Below are positions 7,901-16,133 of a DNA stretch of 64,000 bases, in pieces. This DNA is from a virus. Every line of letters begins with the position of its first letter. The first letter of the stretch is position 1. Below the pieces are notes generated by a model. The model worked only from the letters and a program-made list of their open reading frames with translations. It was not told where the DNA came from and made no database searches. Location: positions 1-64,000 of the IMG/VR virus record IMGVR_UViG_3300022745_000023; one strand, 5' to 3'. The translations under genes and the position numbers were made by a program.

Positions 7901-10024
7901 GCCGAATACGACGCAGCGCAGGGCAAGGTCAATGACGCCTCCCTCGACTGGAACCGCTATAGCAAGATGCTGCGTGGCAATGTCCGGGCGCTGGAAACCG
8001 TGCAAGACCTGATCCGCTCGCGCGTCTCGGAAAACTTCGCCAAGCATCACAACACGCTTCGCCCGAATGCCGCGCTCAAGGTCGGCACAACCGTTGTGCG
8101 GAACAACCTCAACCATCTGTCGGCCACGGACCCGGTGGAGCGGGAAAAGCGCCTGTCGATGGAGCGAAGCCTCATTGACGGCCTGCGCGCGCGCATCAAG
8201 GGCAAATATGCGGGTGGGTCTGTCGCGGACAAGATCGAGGCTACCAAGGCTTATGAGGCCGCGTTCAATCAGGCACAAATGGGATTCTTCGCCTCCGATG
8301 ATCTGTTCGGCGGGGAAGGGGGCGAGAAGCCTCTGGGCGGGGATGAGCGCCGCACCATCGGCCATGCCGCCGAAAACATGATCGGCAAGATGATGGGTGT
8401 GGTCGGGGGGCAGTTCAAGCCGGGCCAGCCGGTGAAGCTGTTCAACCCGTCTATGTCCGGCAAGGGCGTGAACCGTCAGCGCGCGATCAAGATGATCGGG
8501 CAGAACAAGCGCGTGATCCTCGCGGCGGGGGTCGGTAGTGGCAAGACCGGGATGATGATGGGCGCGTTCTCAGACCTGCACTCCAAGGGGCAGGCCAAGA
8601 AGGGCTTGTTTGTCGTGCCGTCCATTGTGCAGGGGCAGTTCGGCGCGGAGGCGCTGCGCTTCCTCGAACCCGGCAAGTTCAAATGGCACGCTGAACCGGG
8701 CGCGTCGTATCAAGAGCGGCTGGCCGCGTACAAAGACCCGGACACCCATTTTTCGGTGGTGACGCACCAGTCGTTTCGTGACGATGTGCTTCGCATGGCG
8801 GTTGACGCGGGTATGGGGAAGTCGCCCGAGGCGGTGGCCGACGCGCTGGCGGGCATGGATGATGCCGGGCAGGCTAAGTTCGTCAAGTCGGTGCTGGATC
8901 ATCACGGCGTGGCCTTCGACTTCACGGCGGCGGATGAGGCCCACAACCTGCTGGACCGGGAAGGCAAGGAAGACTCGCGCATGTCGAACGTGATCGGCGG
9001 CGTGACGGCCAATGCTCCCTATTACGTCCATGCCTCCGGCGACCCGGTGAAGAATGACGCCTCCGAAGCCTTTTCGCTGCTGCAAAAGATGGACCCGGCC
9101 CGGTATAACGACCGGGGCGCGTTCATGCGGCGCTATGGCGGCGACACGCTGGCGGCGAAGGAGGGCCTGCAACGTGAACTGGCACGCCATCAATTTTCGT
9201 TCTCGCTCTCGCCTGATGTGAAGGTGGATCGTTCCGAGGTGTCGATCAAGCCGTCTGATGCTCAACAAGCCGCTCTGGCAACGCTGGAAAAGCAGGCGGC
9301 GGCGCTCCGTATCGCCAAGATGACGGGCAAGGTCGATGTGGACGCGGCTAAGGCTCTGTCGCCTCACCTATTCGAGGGCGCCGATGAAGGCCAGCATGAA
9401 GCCATCGCGCGCAAGGTCGCGGATTCGGTCGGCATTATCAAGCAATCGGCCTACCGGCGCATTCTCGACGCGCATCCGGCGGCGGCAAAGCTGTCGCACG
9501 TTGCCGAGGCGGCGGCGGCGCGCAAGGGCAAGCCCGGCGTGGTGTTCGCGCACTCGCTGGAAGCTGTTGAAGCAATCCGCAAGCGGCTGGAAGCGGATGG
9601 CCATCGGGTGACGACGCTCACCGGCAAGGACTCGTCTGGCGATAAGGCCGACAAGATCCGCGCGTTCAACCCGGATAAGGGTGAAGCCAAGGCCGACATT
9701 ATCGTCTGCTCTGATGCTGGCGCGACTGGCGCGAACCTGCAATCTGGCCGATGGCTGGTGCAATACGACACGCCCGATACCGCGATGGTTCACGCTCAAA
9801 GGGCGGGCCGCATCAACCGCATCGGGCAAAAGAACGCGCTGGAATTGATCGACCTCGTTTCGGATCATCCATCCGATGCGCGCGCCCGGCGCCGGCTGGC
9901 GAACAAATACGACCTGCGCGAACTTCTCACCTCGCCGCTCGATGGGCTTGATGACACGCCCCTTGCTTATGCGCTAAAGCAGGCTGGATTCGGGCAGTCG
10001 AAACAACAGGCATCGCTTTTCTAA
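4943..10024 (+). CDS. Large polyvalent protein with C-terminal SNF2/SF2 helicase; probable head cargo
   Basis: AAGVGSGKT, AADEAH, ASGDP, DAGATGANLQ, QRAGRINRIGQ; N-terminal TPLGEV..IRPVLENP (PBECR-like). Confidence 0.88.
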   Translation: MDQCPVTMEPVGSNSVSAALASSGCEWRYVPFDREGWEGQFPNASVSTPLGEVEIAPERIEMPDVGLSLIGLIRPVLENPTYAVKRDNSLAFHRPVIGTEGEVRGYATVNIHPDRVRVYVAEQPEDFDLLSPDATGSMVADEDGDGRATFKSFIYRHGGNGDNALGGNSGGGNEPIVAVTSFDVAVTLLGIGGDLLKADHGPIPADARWITVHPNGEGSKGQPILVVPAGDKSGTFRVIGGAGGKLNMMKLRGVKSEADYKAEFGARAKARRVSKKEQARKDKELGIDKAKAEARDAIRKQRTEAQKAFIKTVAEAMGWGDDDLKMQTNGLSETAVKKAEAAHHADLLAKAKAAIETQRKILVTDLDKRLAAGLGTVPLDAPMSELSVQDLDPVRIPDSSGVSPDFKARAEANGLTPEKLDSEQAKVQAQEAGEAPDPAKALERGKVAEAIRKEVAKALPKPDLQVSIADAKKAVALIKARKQLLALEKAAREANAEVDASTVEPKAYVLKVSETGDDEVAAQVVDDLRTARAAAFLAGVEGAGGENEVQPHISAGAYNAINALSQITGGASLIDRSVVDVLGVAGAAQVVANRLHAEYGGDAQKVAAGLAEYHVASAPEDQKAALDQAKELQDEAAKIEVDEANSTADLAVASALNRKRLEYLADARKVLGQTLGHMEANASLIAALEAGPRDGLEVSLGRTPLESAIKQLWAIGLTDDDYSIERIDGNVFAKVNADGMAKLAAPVDKENLERVNRNLGIMQGDQDEDDWLPAGFARRPDLGLDLKPGVAPGLSVPFDASAPDLAASLRAYIGSRTADGDRAADVLSDVQSASFFQKVGPGRAKEYMAALNAVIPTKNGKSLTRVEELAPVFDGYADEFVQSKWGGTRSTLNKQSFEPDAIAQEALHRALSDEPAGTLAYKPIGELSPKDRHALRDWFYRNIAKESPEQAELRAHAEKLAEQEPEKFTTDMFGDTTANPAWNDWKAEYDAAQGKVNDASLDWNRYSKMLRGNVRALETVQDLIRSRVSENFAKHHNTLRPNAALKVGTTVVRNNLNHLSATDPVEREKRLSMERSLIDGLRARIKGKYAGGSVADKIEATKAYEAAFNQAQMGFFASDDLFGGEGGEKPLGGDERRTIGHAAENMIGKMMGVVGGQFKPGQPVKLFNPSMSGKGVNRQRAIKMIGQNKRVILAAGVGSGKTGMMMGAFSDLHSKGQAKKGLFVVPSIVQGQFGAEALRFLEPGKFKWHAEPGASYQERLAAYKDPDTHFSVVTHQSFRDDVLRMAVDAGMGKSPEAVADALAGMDDAGQAKFVKSVLDHHGVAFDFTAADEAHNLLDREGKEDSRMSNVIGGVTANAPYYVHASGDPVKNDASEAFSLLQKMDPARYNDRGAFMRRYGGDTLAAKEGLQRELARHQFSFSLSPDVKVDRSEVSIKPSDAQQAALATLEKQAAALRIAKMTGKVDVDAAKALSPHLFEGADEGQHEAIARKVADSVGIIKQSAYRRILDAHPAAAKLSHVAEAAAARKGKPGVVFAHSLEAVEAIRKRLEADGHRVTTLTGKDSSGDKADKIRAFNPDKGEAKADIIVCSDAGATGANLQSGRWLVQYDTPDTAMVHAQRAGRINRIGQKNALELIDLVSDHPSDARARRRLANKYDLRELLTSPLDGLDDTPLAYALKQAGFGQSKQQASLF

Positions 10025-10029
10025 GGGGA

Positions 10030-10236
10030 ATGAAAATGGCACGACAAAAGGTGGTTGAAGCAACTGATCCGGTGGAGCCGGAAAATACCGCCGATGAACT
10101 GGTGGCGCAGCCGGTCGACGCGACTGTGGACCCGGTGAGGATGGAAAAGATACAGCGCCTCTATGCGCTGGCCAATGACCCGGACCAGCAAGAAGCGTTC
10201 TTCGCGCTGCGCGATGAACTGAACGCCTCGGCATGA
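10030..10236 (+). CDS. Small acidic protein co-transcribed with the helicase
   Basis: RBS, operon packing. Confidence 0.6.
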   Translation: MKMARQKVVEATDPVEPENTADELVAQPVDATVDPVRMEKIQRLYALANDPDQQEAFFALRDELNASA

Positions 10237-10466
10237 ACGAGGACGGTATCCGCCGCCTGCTGGGCGAGAACGCGGCTCACACGCGCCGCGCACTCGCTCA
10301 TGGGGATAAGCTGCGCTCTGCCTGCTCCGAGGCCATGGGTGGGGCGCAGGGGCGCATTGCTGGACTGAATCCGGGCGAGGTGTTTATGGATGATGTCAAG
10401 GCTGCGGATTACCAGCGCGCCTTGATGGAACGGGGCTGGCTCTCTACGGCCCTTTCAGGCCGATGA
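10233..10466 (+). CDS. Hypothetical protein
   Basis: ATGA overlap. Confidence 0.6.
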   Translation: MNEDGIRRLLGENAAHTRRALAHGDKLRSACSEAMGGAQGRIAGLNPGEVFMDDVKAADYQRALMERGWLSTALSGR

Positions 10467-10775
10467 TTGCTGGGCGCGGTCGCGCATGTTGAGGCGCACG
10501 ATTTCGTGGACGACCTTGGCCGGGTAGCGCGGGCGCAGCCGAATGTATTCGGCCCTTGCGATGGGGTCTTCGGCATAAAACACCGGACGCCCGGTGCTGA
10601 ATCTCTGCTGAACCCGCTTCGGCAACGCCGTCTTCTGCGTCTCCCTCTTGAGTATCTTGCTGATTCGATTCAGTGAAACGCCATGCTTCGCCGCCAGTTC
10701 CTTCAAGGTCGATCCGGCGTTGTATTCCAACAGGATTTCGTGGTTCCTTTCAGTTTTGGCGTTCTTTTGTGGCAC
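10455..10775 (-). CDS. Mor/sigma-region-4-like HTH protein
   Basis: RNHEILLEYNAGSTLKELAAKHGVSLNRISKIL. Confidence 0.7.
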   Translation of the reverse strand: MPQKNAKTERNHEILLEYNAGSTLKELAAKHGVSLNRISKILKRETQKTALPKRVQQRFSTGRPVFYAEDPIARAEYIRLRPRYPAKVVHEIVRLNMRDRAQQSSA

Positions 10776-11244
10776 GGCTTTGCTCCTTTAGGCTGGCGGT
10801 GAACTTGGCCATCTTCGCTTCGTGATGCTCTTGAATCAAGCGTGATGCTTCGGCGGCTCCCTGCTTCCTCATGAGGTCTTTATACATTTCTCGGTATTCG
10901 CGCGGGATATGGGCCAGCCTGTTCTCAACACGAGTCGCTGCCTGCTTCTTCCGCACATCTGGCGCGAGGGACTTGGGGACGCCGATTTCCCAAAGGCGCA
11001 GTTCCTTGGCTGTGATCGCGGACGCAGCGCGCCTTTCGGGTGTGCGATTCAATGCGGCAAGCCGTTCCCTTTGGCGCTCCTTGTGCGCCGGGTTGGTGTC
11101 ATAAGTCTTTTGGATTCCGGCTGTGCGACGGGCCTGAATTTCAGGATCGGTCTTTGAGCATGGCCGGCAAAGTCCGCTTTTGCTGCCGTAGGATATGGAG
11201 CCATTGCACTTGCGGCAACTAGCGTTCTTTTGCCTTCTTGCCAT
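10750..11244 (-). CDS. Basic Zn-finger/NUMOD3-like DNA-binding protein
   Basis: CRKC..CRPC then basic helical repeats; start MARRQK. Confidence 0.6.
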   Translation of the reverse strand: MARRQKNASCRKCNGSISYGSKSGLCRPCSKTDPEIQARRTAGIQKTYDTNPAHKERQRERLAALNRTPERRAASAITAKELRLWEIGVPKSLAPDVRKKQAATRVENRLAHIPREYREMYKDLMRKQGAAEASRLIQEHHEAKMAKFTASLKEQSRATKERQN

Positions 11245-11275
11245 TTCCCTCGTCTCGTTTGATTTGGTAGGGCGC

Positions 11276-11305
11276 AAAAAGGGCCGACCTGATGGCCGAC
11301 CCTTT
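11276..11305 (-). terminator. Intrinsic terminator
   Basis: Minus strand AAAGGGTCGGCC-ATCA-GGTCGGCCCTTTTT. Confidence 0.75.
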
Positions 11306-11343
11306 CCGTTCAAACCCTCGGCCATAAGCCGTGATTTCGAGTT

Positions 11344-11559
11344 TCAGGCTACGCGCCAGAGCCGGTATCCGCCTTCGACGACGCGGATGGTGAACTTCAT
11401 GCCGTGCCTATTGCCGAATTGCGCTGATGCGTTTTTCACCCGTTTATCCTGACAAAAGAAGCTGTCACCGACCTTCATGTCGGGAAAGGGGTACTTAAGA
11501 CGCGGAATGGGAATTTCAATATTGCTTTCGATGGTAAACACATCTGCTCTCCTTGCCAT
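11344..11559 (-). CDS. Small conserved phage protein (KYPFxxMxVGDSF...RxWR family)
   Basis: Motif; own promoter and terminator; start may be GTG at 11541. Confidence 0.8.
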   Translation of the reverse strand: MARRADVFTIESNIEIPIPRLKYPFPDMKVGDSFFCQDKRVKNASAQFGNRHGMKFTIRVVEGGYRLWRVA

Positions 11560-11569
11560 GTGTTTAACT

Positions 11570-11598
11570 GTGCTAGATTTGTAGGTTCATTCTGTCAA
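11570..11598 (-). promoter_or_regulatory. Sigma70-like promoter
   Basis: TTGACA-17-TAGCAC on the minus strand. Confidence 0.6.
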
Positions 11599-11675
11599 CA
11601 GGTATGTTCCAACTCAAGAGGGAGGTGGGCTAATTGCCTCCCCCTATAAAAATCCCCATTTATGCAAATGATCGG

Positions 11676-11873
11676 TCAATTGGAATATCGACGGGCCAAC
11701 GCCTCGCCGGCTGGCGTCATGCGCCAGCGGGAGTTGTGGCGCTCGACAAGGCCGCGCTTGGCCAGCGCCACAAATGATGCGTCGTTTTTCGACGCTAGGC
11801 TGGTGCCAAGGACAACCAGCCGAAGCAGGGCATGGATTTGCGGCTGACGCGGCAGGCGAGTCGCGTTAGTCAT
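11676..11873 (-). CDS. Small winged-helix-like protein
   Basis: ALAKRGLVE..WRMTPAG. Confidence 0.6.
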   Translation of the reverse strand: MTNATRLPRQPQIHALLRLVVLGTSLASKNDASFVALAKRGLVERHNSRWRMTPAGEALARRYSN

Positions 11874-12270
11874 CGGCGCTCCCGATCTGGGCGAGGGTTT
11901 GCCCGGCGATAATTCCGGCGTTCCACGCGTTGTATGTCGCTGTGATCCGCTTCAAAGCCTCCCGCGCCACGGCCAGCTTTTCTTCTGCCTCGACTGCGCG
12001 CTTGAGGTGCGTTGCTGCTGCCTCGCGCGATGCCCCGCAAACAGCGCAGGGATTGTTTTCGAGTGCAGGGTGACCTTCACAGGCGACACAGGTCACCTTC
12101 TCAACCGGTGCACTCTGGTGGTCAGCAAGGGCTGCGATGGCGGCTTGGGCTTCGGGAATGAACCACCTCCAATCCTGCCCAAGTCTGGCGTTTTTGGATG
12201 CTGCATCAATCGCCCGCGCCACCTTCTCAACCGACTCCGGCGTTGTGGTGTTATTGCTCATGGCGGTCAT
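11866..12270 (-). CDS. Hypothetical early protein
   Basis: EKVARAI motif, CxxC pairs, overlapping starts and stops. Confidence 0.65.
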   Translation of the reverse strand: MTAMSNNTTTPESVEKVARAIDAASKNARLGQDWRWFIPEAQAAIAALADHQSAPVEKVTCVACEGHPALENNPCAVCGASREAAATHLKRAVEAEEKLAVAREALKRITATYNAWNAGIIAGQTLAQIGSADD

Positions 12271-12395
12271 CTCCACCCCCTAAAATCCCACATCATGATG
12301 ATGAAAAACACGCCAAAGACTGCCAGCGCGAGAACGCCCAAGCCCAGCACACCAGCTAGAATGTAAAGAAAACATGTGGGTATCGTGATGGTCAT
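12267..12395 (-). CDS. 42-aa single-TM protein (not in the ORF track)
   Basis: MTITIPTCFLYILAGVLGLGVLALAVFGVFFIIMMWDFRGWR; ATGA overlaps at both ends. Confidence 0.65.
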   Translation of the reverse strand: MTITIPTCFLYILAGVLGLGVLALAVFGVFFIIMMWDFRGWR

Positions 12396-12619
12396 GACTT
12401 CGGCTCCTGTTGGGTGGGGCGGTAGGCGATGATGCGGTTATAAGGATCGCACTCCCACGACCACGAATTCATTTGGTCGTTTTCTTCCCATCCCGTCCAG
12501 AAACCGGCTTCCGCCGCGCTCCAACCGCCATCTGCGTACAAGACCGTTACCTCCTGATCCAGTGGTACTGGGCACGGACCGCCATCATGCGGCACAAAAC
12601 CTTCTGGCAGCGAGGTCAT
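12392..12619 (-). CDS. Conserved small phage protein (HDGGPCPV...IIAYR)
   Basis: Motif common in phage early regions. Confidence 0.75.
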   Translation of the reverse strand: MTSLPEGFVPHDGGPCPVPLDQEVTVLYADGGWSAAEAGFWTGWEENDQMNSWSWECDPYNRIIAYRPTQQEPKS

Positions 12620-13029
12620 TGGCTGGGTTCCTCTTCAACGGTGGGCTGGTCAACCCACTCCGGCGTCGTGCTGTATGCTAACGCAGTTGGCGTCGGCAGT
12701 AGATCGCGATGGCGCTGAAACCAGTCGGAGAGAACTGCCTGCAAGTCATCTGTGGCAGTTTTCACGCGCTCTTTTTCGTTTGGCCCAACGAAACCGGGAA
12801 ACCCGTCTTCGTACCAAAGTTCATCACAGCTATCGATCCATTGGTCTATTACCGCATCCGCATCAGGAGCCTGCCATTCGTGCAATCCTGCGCGCACGAT
12901 GCAAAACGGATCACCGCCTTGATCGTGACGGCCTTCCTTGATGGCATCCTCGCGGGTGGCAAATGGGCCGCCTATGTTCATGTATTCTTCGCTGGTGCCT
13001 GCCCACCAGTCGTTGGTTGTCTCAGTCAT
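12616..13029 (-). CDS. Acidic conserved phage protein
   Basis: GPFATREDAIKEG; D/E/W-rich. Confidence 0.75.
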   Translation of the reverse strand: MTETTNDWWAGTSEEYMNIGGPFATREDAIKEGRHDQGGDPFCIVRAGLHEWQAPDADAVIDQWIDSCDELWYEDGFPGFVGPNEKERVKTATDDLQAVLSDWFQRHRDLLPTPTALAYSTTPEWVDQPTVEEEPSQ

Positions 13030-13316
13030 TGGCTGGCCCCTTTCGGATTATAAAATTTCCGTAGACCGCAAGTGCAGGGCGAATGATCGAGATAATCCAG
13101 ATCGTTTGCATCGCACCCAGTATCGTGCTCGACGTATCGCATTAATCCTTCGATCATTTCAGCTGCCTCGCGGCCATCGGTGTTTGCATCAACTTCTTGG
13201 CTATACGTTCCACCTTCCCGACCAAGGAACCCAACGGTGTCCTCGTAGACGGTTGTTTCAATATGCGTTGCCCGCAGCCGCTCCAGTAGCGGAAGTTTCG
13301 GGTTCCAGCGCGTCAT
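13026..13316 (-). CDS. Hypothetical protein
   Basis: Start MTRWNPK; H..C..CTCG. Confidence 0.6.
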   Translation of the reverse strand: MTRWNPKLPLLERLRATHIETTVYEDTVGFLGREGGTYSQEVDANTDGREAAEMIEGLMRYVEHDTGCDANDLDYLDHSPCTCGLRKFYNPKGASQ

Positions 13317-13570
13317 TCCCCCATCCCCTTCATGATCTGCTCGACAGAGAGATCGCGGATACGTTCGACGGCATCCGGCCCGTGGTAAGAGCCACCAGCA
13401 GTAACTGCACACACCTCAATCGCCGCCCTGATAGCGGCCTCTTGGTGTTTAGCCATGACTCCCAAGATAGCTTTCACATCGGCGCGGTGCTGCTCGCGGT
13501 TAGCGCAGCCGCAAATCCGGTCGGCTAGAGCTTCGGCGTCTGCCCGCATTTTAGGTGTAACCTCAACCAT
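13313..13570 (-). CDS. Hypothetical protein
   Basis: GGAGG RBS, overlap coupling. Confidence 0.6.
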   Translation of the reverse strand: MVEVTPKMRADAEALADRICGCANREQHRADVKAILGVMAKHQEAAIRAAIEVCAVTAGGSYHGPDAVERIRDLSVEQIMKGMGE

Positions 13571-13766
13571 GGCCGGCCTCCAATTCGCCAAGAGGCACCA
13601 TCTTTACGCCGGGGAGCCTAAATAGATTGATCGGACCATCCGAAAGGGCATGGATATAGCCAATCAGCATGTCCATGCGAACTTGCGGAAGGGAGACTCC
13701 GAAATAATCGCCGCCGTCAACCTGCATGACGATCTGCACAATCTTGAGCGAAGGGGAATCAACCAT
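13563..13766 (-). CDS. Hypothetical protein
   Basis: Start MVDSPSL after GGAGG. Confidence 0.55.
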   Translation of the reverse strand: MVDSPSLKIVQIVMQVDGGDYFGVSLPQVRMDMLIGYIHALSDGPINLFRLPGVKMVPLGELEAGHG

Positions 13767-14169
13767 GGCCGACCTCCTGCTTGGCGAGGAAGGCTGCGGC
13801 ATACTCGCGGGCTTCGGCGATCCCTGCATACTCTTCGCACCAGCCGCACGGCGGCGCGACATGACAGGAGTAATTGCGATCTGGCGGCTCGCTCATTTCC
13901 ATGAGAAAATTCACAGCTTCCACCGCCTCTGCCAGCCTCGCCTTGGTGGCGGTGAGTTGGGCGCGGAGGGTGTCAGCCTCAACTTCAAGCCTTACAATTT
14001 CCCGCGCATGAGTGTCCGCCTTTTCGAGCAACAACATGCCGATGCGGTCTTTTTCCGCCACCGCCTCCGCCAGTTTGCGGGTCAGGTTTTCGATGGCGGT
14101 GACGGCTTCACGCGATAGTGTATTGCGCTCCCGGCACAACCGCCCCACCAGTTCGCTGTAATCAGTCAT
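13759..14169 (-). CDS. Coiled-coil hypothetical protein with C-terminal CH..PPC..C motif
   Basis: ORF, overlap coupling. Confidence 0.65.
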   Translation of the reverse strand: MTDYSELVGRLCRERNTLSREAVTAIENLTRKLAEAVAEKDRIGMLLLEKADTHAREIVRLEVEADTLRAQLTATKARLAEAVEAVNFLMEMSEPPDRNYSCHVAPPCGWCEEYAGIAEAREYAAAFLAKQEVGHG

Positions 14170-14425
14170 GGTTAGTGCCTCCGAAACAAATTCTTCCAGA
14201 GCGAGGGTTTTCCGCGCCGCAAACTTTGCATTTCAAGGTGTGGATCTCGCCGTTACCTGCCTTAATTTCACGTGGGCAACCAGCTTCACCAGCGCCCCAA
14301 AAGACATGCTTGCGGGCTATAAGAGCCTCGATGCGTTTGGCTGTTTCTGATACTGATAAATCAACATAACGGCAGAACGCCAGTTCAATCATTAGCGCGT
14401 CATGTATTGCGGTGGCGTCAGTCAT
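14162..14425 (-). CDS. Hypothetical protein (GEIHTLKCKVCG)
   Basis: ORF, overlap coupling. Confidence 0.65.
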   Translation of the reverse strand: MTDATAIHDALMIELAFCRYVDLSVSETAKRIEALIARKHVFWGAGEAGCPREIKAGNGEIHTLKCKVCGAENPRSGRICFGGTNHD

Positions 14426-14828
14426 GGTCTGGGCCTTTCCCCTTCAATTTGACGGTGACGCCGCTGCCGGTAAGGCTCTCGATCAGGTCGAACGCGGCTT
14501 CTCGCGCATCGCGAAGCTGGTGCGGCTTGAAAAGGTTCTGGCGCATCAGCGCTTCGGCAAGATGATCGACCGGCGTGACCGGCTCGCTGCCAAGGATGAA
14601 CTTGCGTAGCTTCGAGAAGTTGCCAGCACCGCCGTTCAACTCCTTCTCGTATTGCTCGACGGCCTCACTTACCTCCATCACGAAAGCCCGGAAGGCTTCG
14701 CGCATGGATGGATTGCCGGGGGTGAAGTCGCCAGCTTCCCAATAGGCAACCCCTCCCTCCTTCGCATGGGCAAGGTTGGAGAGGTTCGCGCACACTTGCG
14801 CGGCAATAGCATCCTTGCCCATGGTCAT
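14418..14828 (-). CDS. Hypothetical protein
   Basis: AAGGAG RBS. Confidence 0.65.
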   Translation of the reverse strand: MTMGKDAIAAQVCANLSNLAHAKEGGVAYWEAGDFTPGNPSMREAFRAFVMEVSEAVEQYEKELNGGAGNFSKLRKFILGSEPVTPVDHLAEALMRQNLFKPHQLRDAREAAFDLIESLTGSGVTVKLKGKGPDHD

Positions 14829-14977
14829 TGGCGTTCTCCTTGGAGGGTGGCAGTCATATCTTTAGCTTCCGCCCAAGTCTTTCCGTCAGCGCGGCGAAGC
14901 GGCCAAACGCTATCGCTCGAAACCCGATATGGCTTGCCGGTGGGCTGGCGCCCAACGACGCGTTGCGTTGCACTCAT
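14825..14977 (-). CDS. 50-aa hypothetical protein
   Basis: ATGA overlaps, GGAGG RBS. Confidence 0.5.
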   Translation of the reverse strand: MSATQRVVGRQPTGKPYRVSSDSVWPLRRADGKTWAEAKDMTATLQGERQ

Positions 14978-15576
14978 GATGCGTTGATCCTCCGCAAGAG
15001 GGCTTCGATCTTTTCGGCTATAACGGCATTCCGACTGGCCTTGGCTGCACCATCTGCCGTATCTTTGGCCCGGTGCAGGGCCTCGTAGTTCCGAAAGGTG
15101 GTGGCGCATTCGGTCATGAGTTCAATCGCGTCTCGCTCTGCATTGGGATCGCAATTCCATGCCCCGACCTTCTGGCGTTGTTTGGCGCGCTCGACCATCA
15201 TGGAAGTGGCAGTTTGGTATGCCTGTCGTGCAAAAACATCGGAAGGCATAGACCTATCGGTTTGCGCGATAAGCCCGGTCAAGGCCGCCGCCGCAAACTT
15301 GTCCAGCAAGTCAAACTCGGCCTTCTCGATCAACTGCGCCATAGCCGCGCTTTCGTGGCGAAGGCTCTGCTCTGCCTCAATGACACGGTCGGCCAGCTTG
15401 TCGGCAGACTTTTTGCTGGTTTTGATGGCGCAAGCCAAGCACTGCGCTGCATACTTGGACACGCCGAACATGTGCTCCGAGCAAGAGCCGCAAACCCCCG
15501 TATAGCCCCCCGGCGCATACCCCGCCAAAGGCCATTCAACGCCTTCAAGGCTTGCCGCATTTTTCTGTTCGATCAC
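14974..15576 (-). CDS. Mosaic hypothetical early protein
   Basis: GYAPGGY..C..C..CLAC and DKFAAAALTGL motifs. Confidence 0.7.
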   Translation of the reverse strand: MIEQKNAASLEGVEWPLAGYAPGGYTGVCGSCSEHMFGVSKYAAQCLACAIKTSKKSADKLADRVIEAEQSLRHESAAMAQLIEKAEFDLLDKFAAAALTGLIAQTDRSMPSDVFARQAYQTATSMMVERAKQRQKVGAWNCDPNAERDAIELMTECATTFRNYEALHRAKDTADGAAKASRNAVIAEKIEALLRRINAS

Positions 15577-16028
15577 TTGCCGCTCTCCGTGTTGCTGGCG
15601 CTAAGGGTGTGGGTCGCCTGAATGATCGGTTCGGCGCAAAGGGCGAGAAGCACAAGCGAGCCGGCGAGGATCACCAAGGGCAGAACCTTGTATTTGAAGA
15701 CCCGGCCAAGGGTCGGAAGCGGGGCGGCGCATTCCGTGCAGGCGGAAAAACCGGAATCATCCTCGGGCATGATCGGCTCATCGCGGCGCGGCGTGGCCAA
15801 ATCGACCATCGCAGGGCTGAAAGCCTCGGCCTCGATTTCGTTGTTGCTGGCGCTTCTAGCCTTTGCGCTAAGGTCGGTCATAGCGTCCACGATTCGACGC
15901 ACGGTGCGGCGGCTGATCCCGCAATCAAGCGCGATCTGACTGATGGAGTCGCCGTACTTATGGCAAAGCAAGACGGTAGCGTCGAGTTCAGCCTTGCTAT
16001 CGAACTTTCCCGTTGTGGTATTGGCCAT
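15573..16028 (-). CDS. N-terminal HTH plus C-terminal TM protein; first gene of the leftward early operon
   Basis: SISQIALDCGISRRTVRRIV; VLPLVILAGSLVLLALCA. Confidence 0.7.
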   Translation of the reverse strand: MANTTTGKFDSKAELDATVLLCHKYGDSISQIALDCGISRRTVRRIVDAMTDLSAKARSASNNEIEAEAFSPAMVDLATPRRDEPIMPEDDSGFSACTECAAPLPTLGRVFKYKVLPLVILAGSLVLLALCAEPIIQATHTLSASNTESGK

Positions 16029-16054
16029 TTGATTGTCTCCTTGGTTTCGGGGCC

Positions 16055-16083
16055 GTTTTACCTAACGGGTAAAGCAATGTCTA
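16055..16083 (-). promoter_or_regulatory. Early promoter with overlapping 17-bp operator
   Basis: TAGACA-17-TAAAAC; TTTACC-TAACG-GGTAAA at 16057-16073. Confidence 0.75.
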
Positions 16084-16133
16084 CATAAAAATAGCTCTGG
16101 TTGTCGATTCAGCATTCCTTTTGCCTCAAGGTA

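Noticed and set aside
6038-8365. 775-aa antisense ORF (also 16928..19135, 41248..42774, 29008..30291)
   Set aside because: Antisense shadows of GC-rich, codon-biased genes, with no motifs or RBS.
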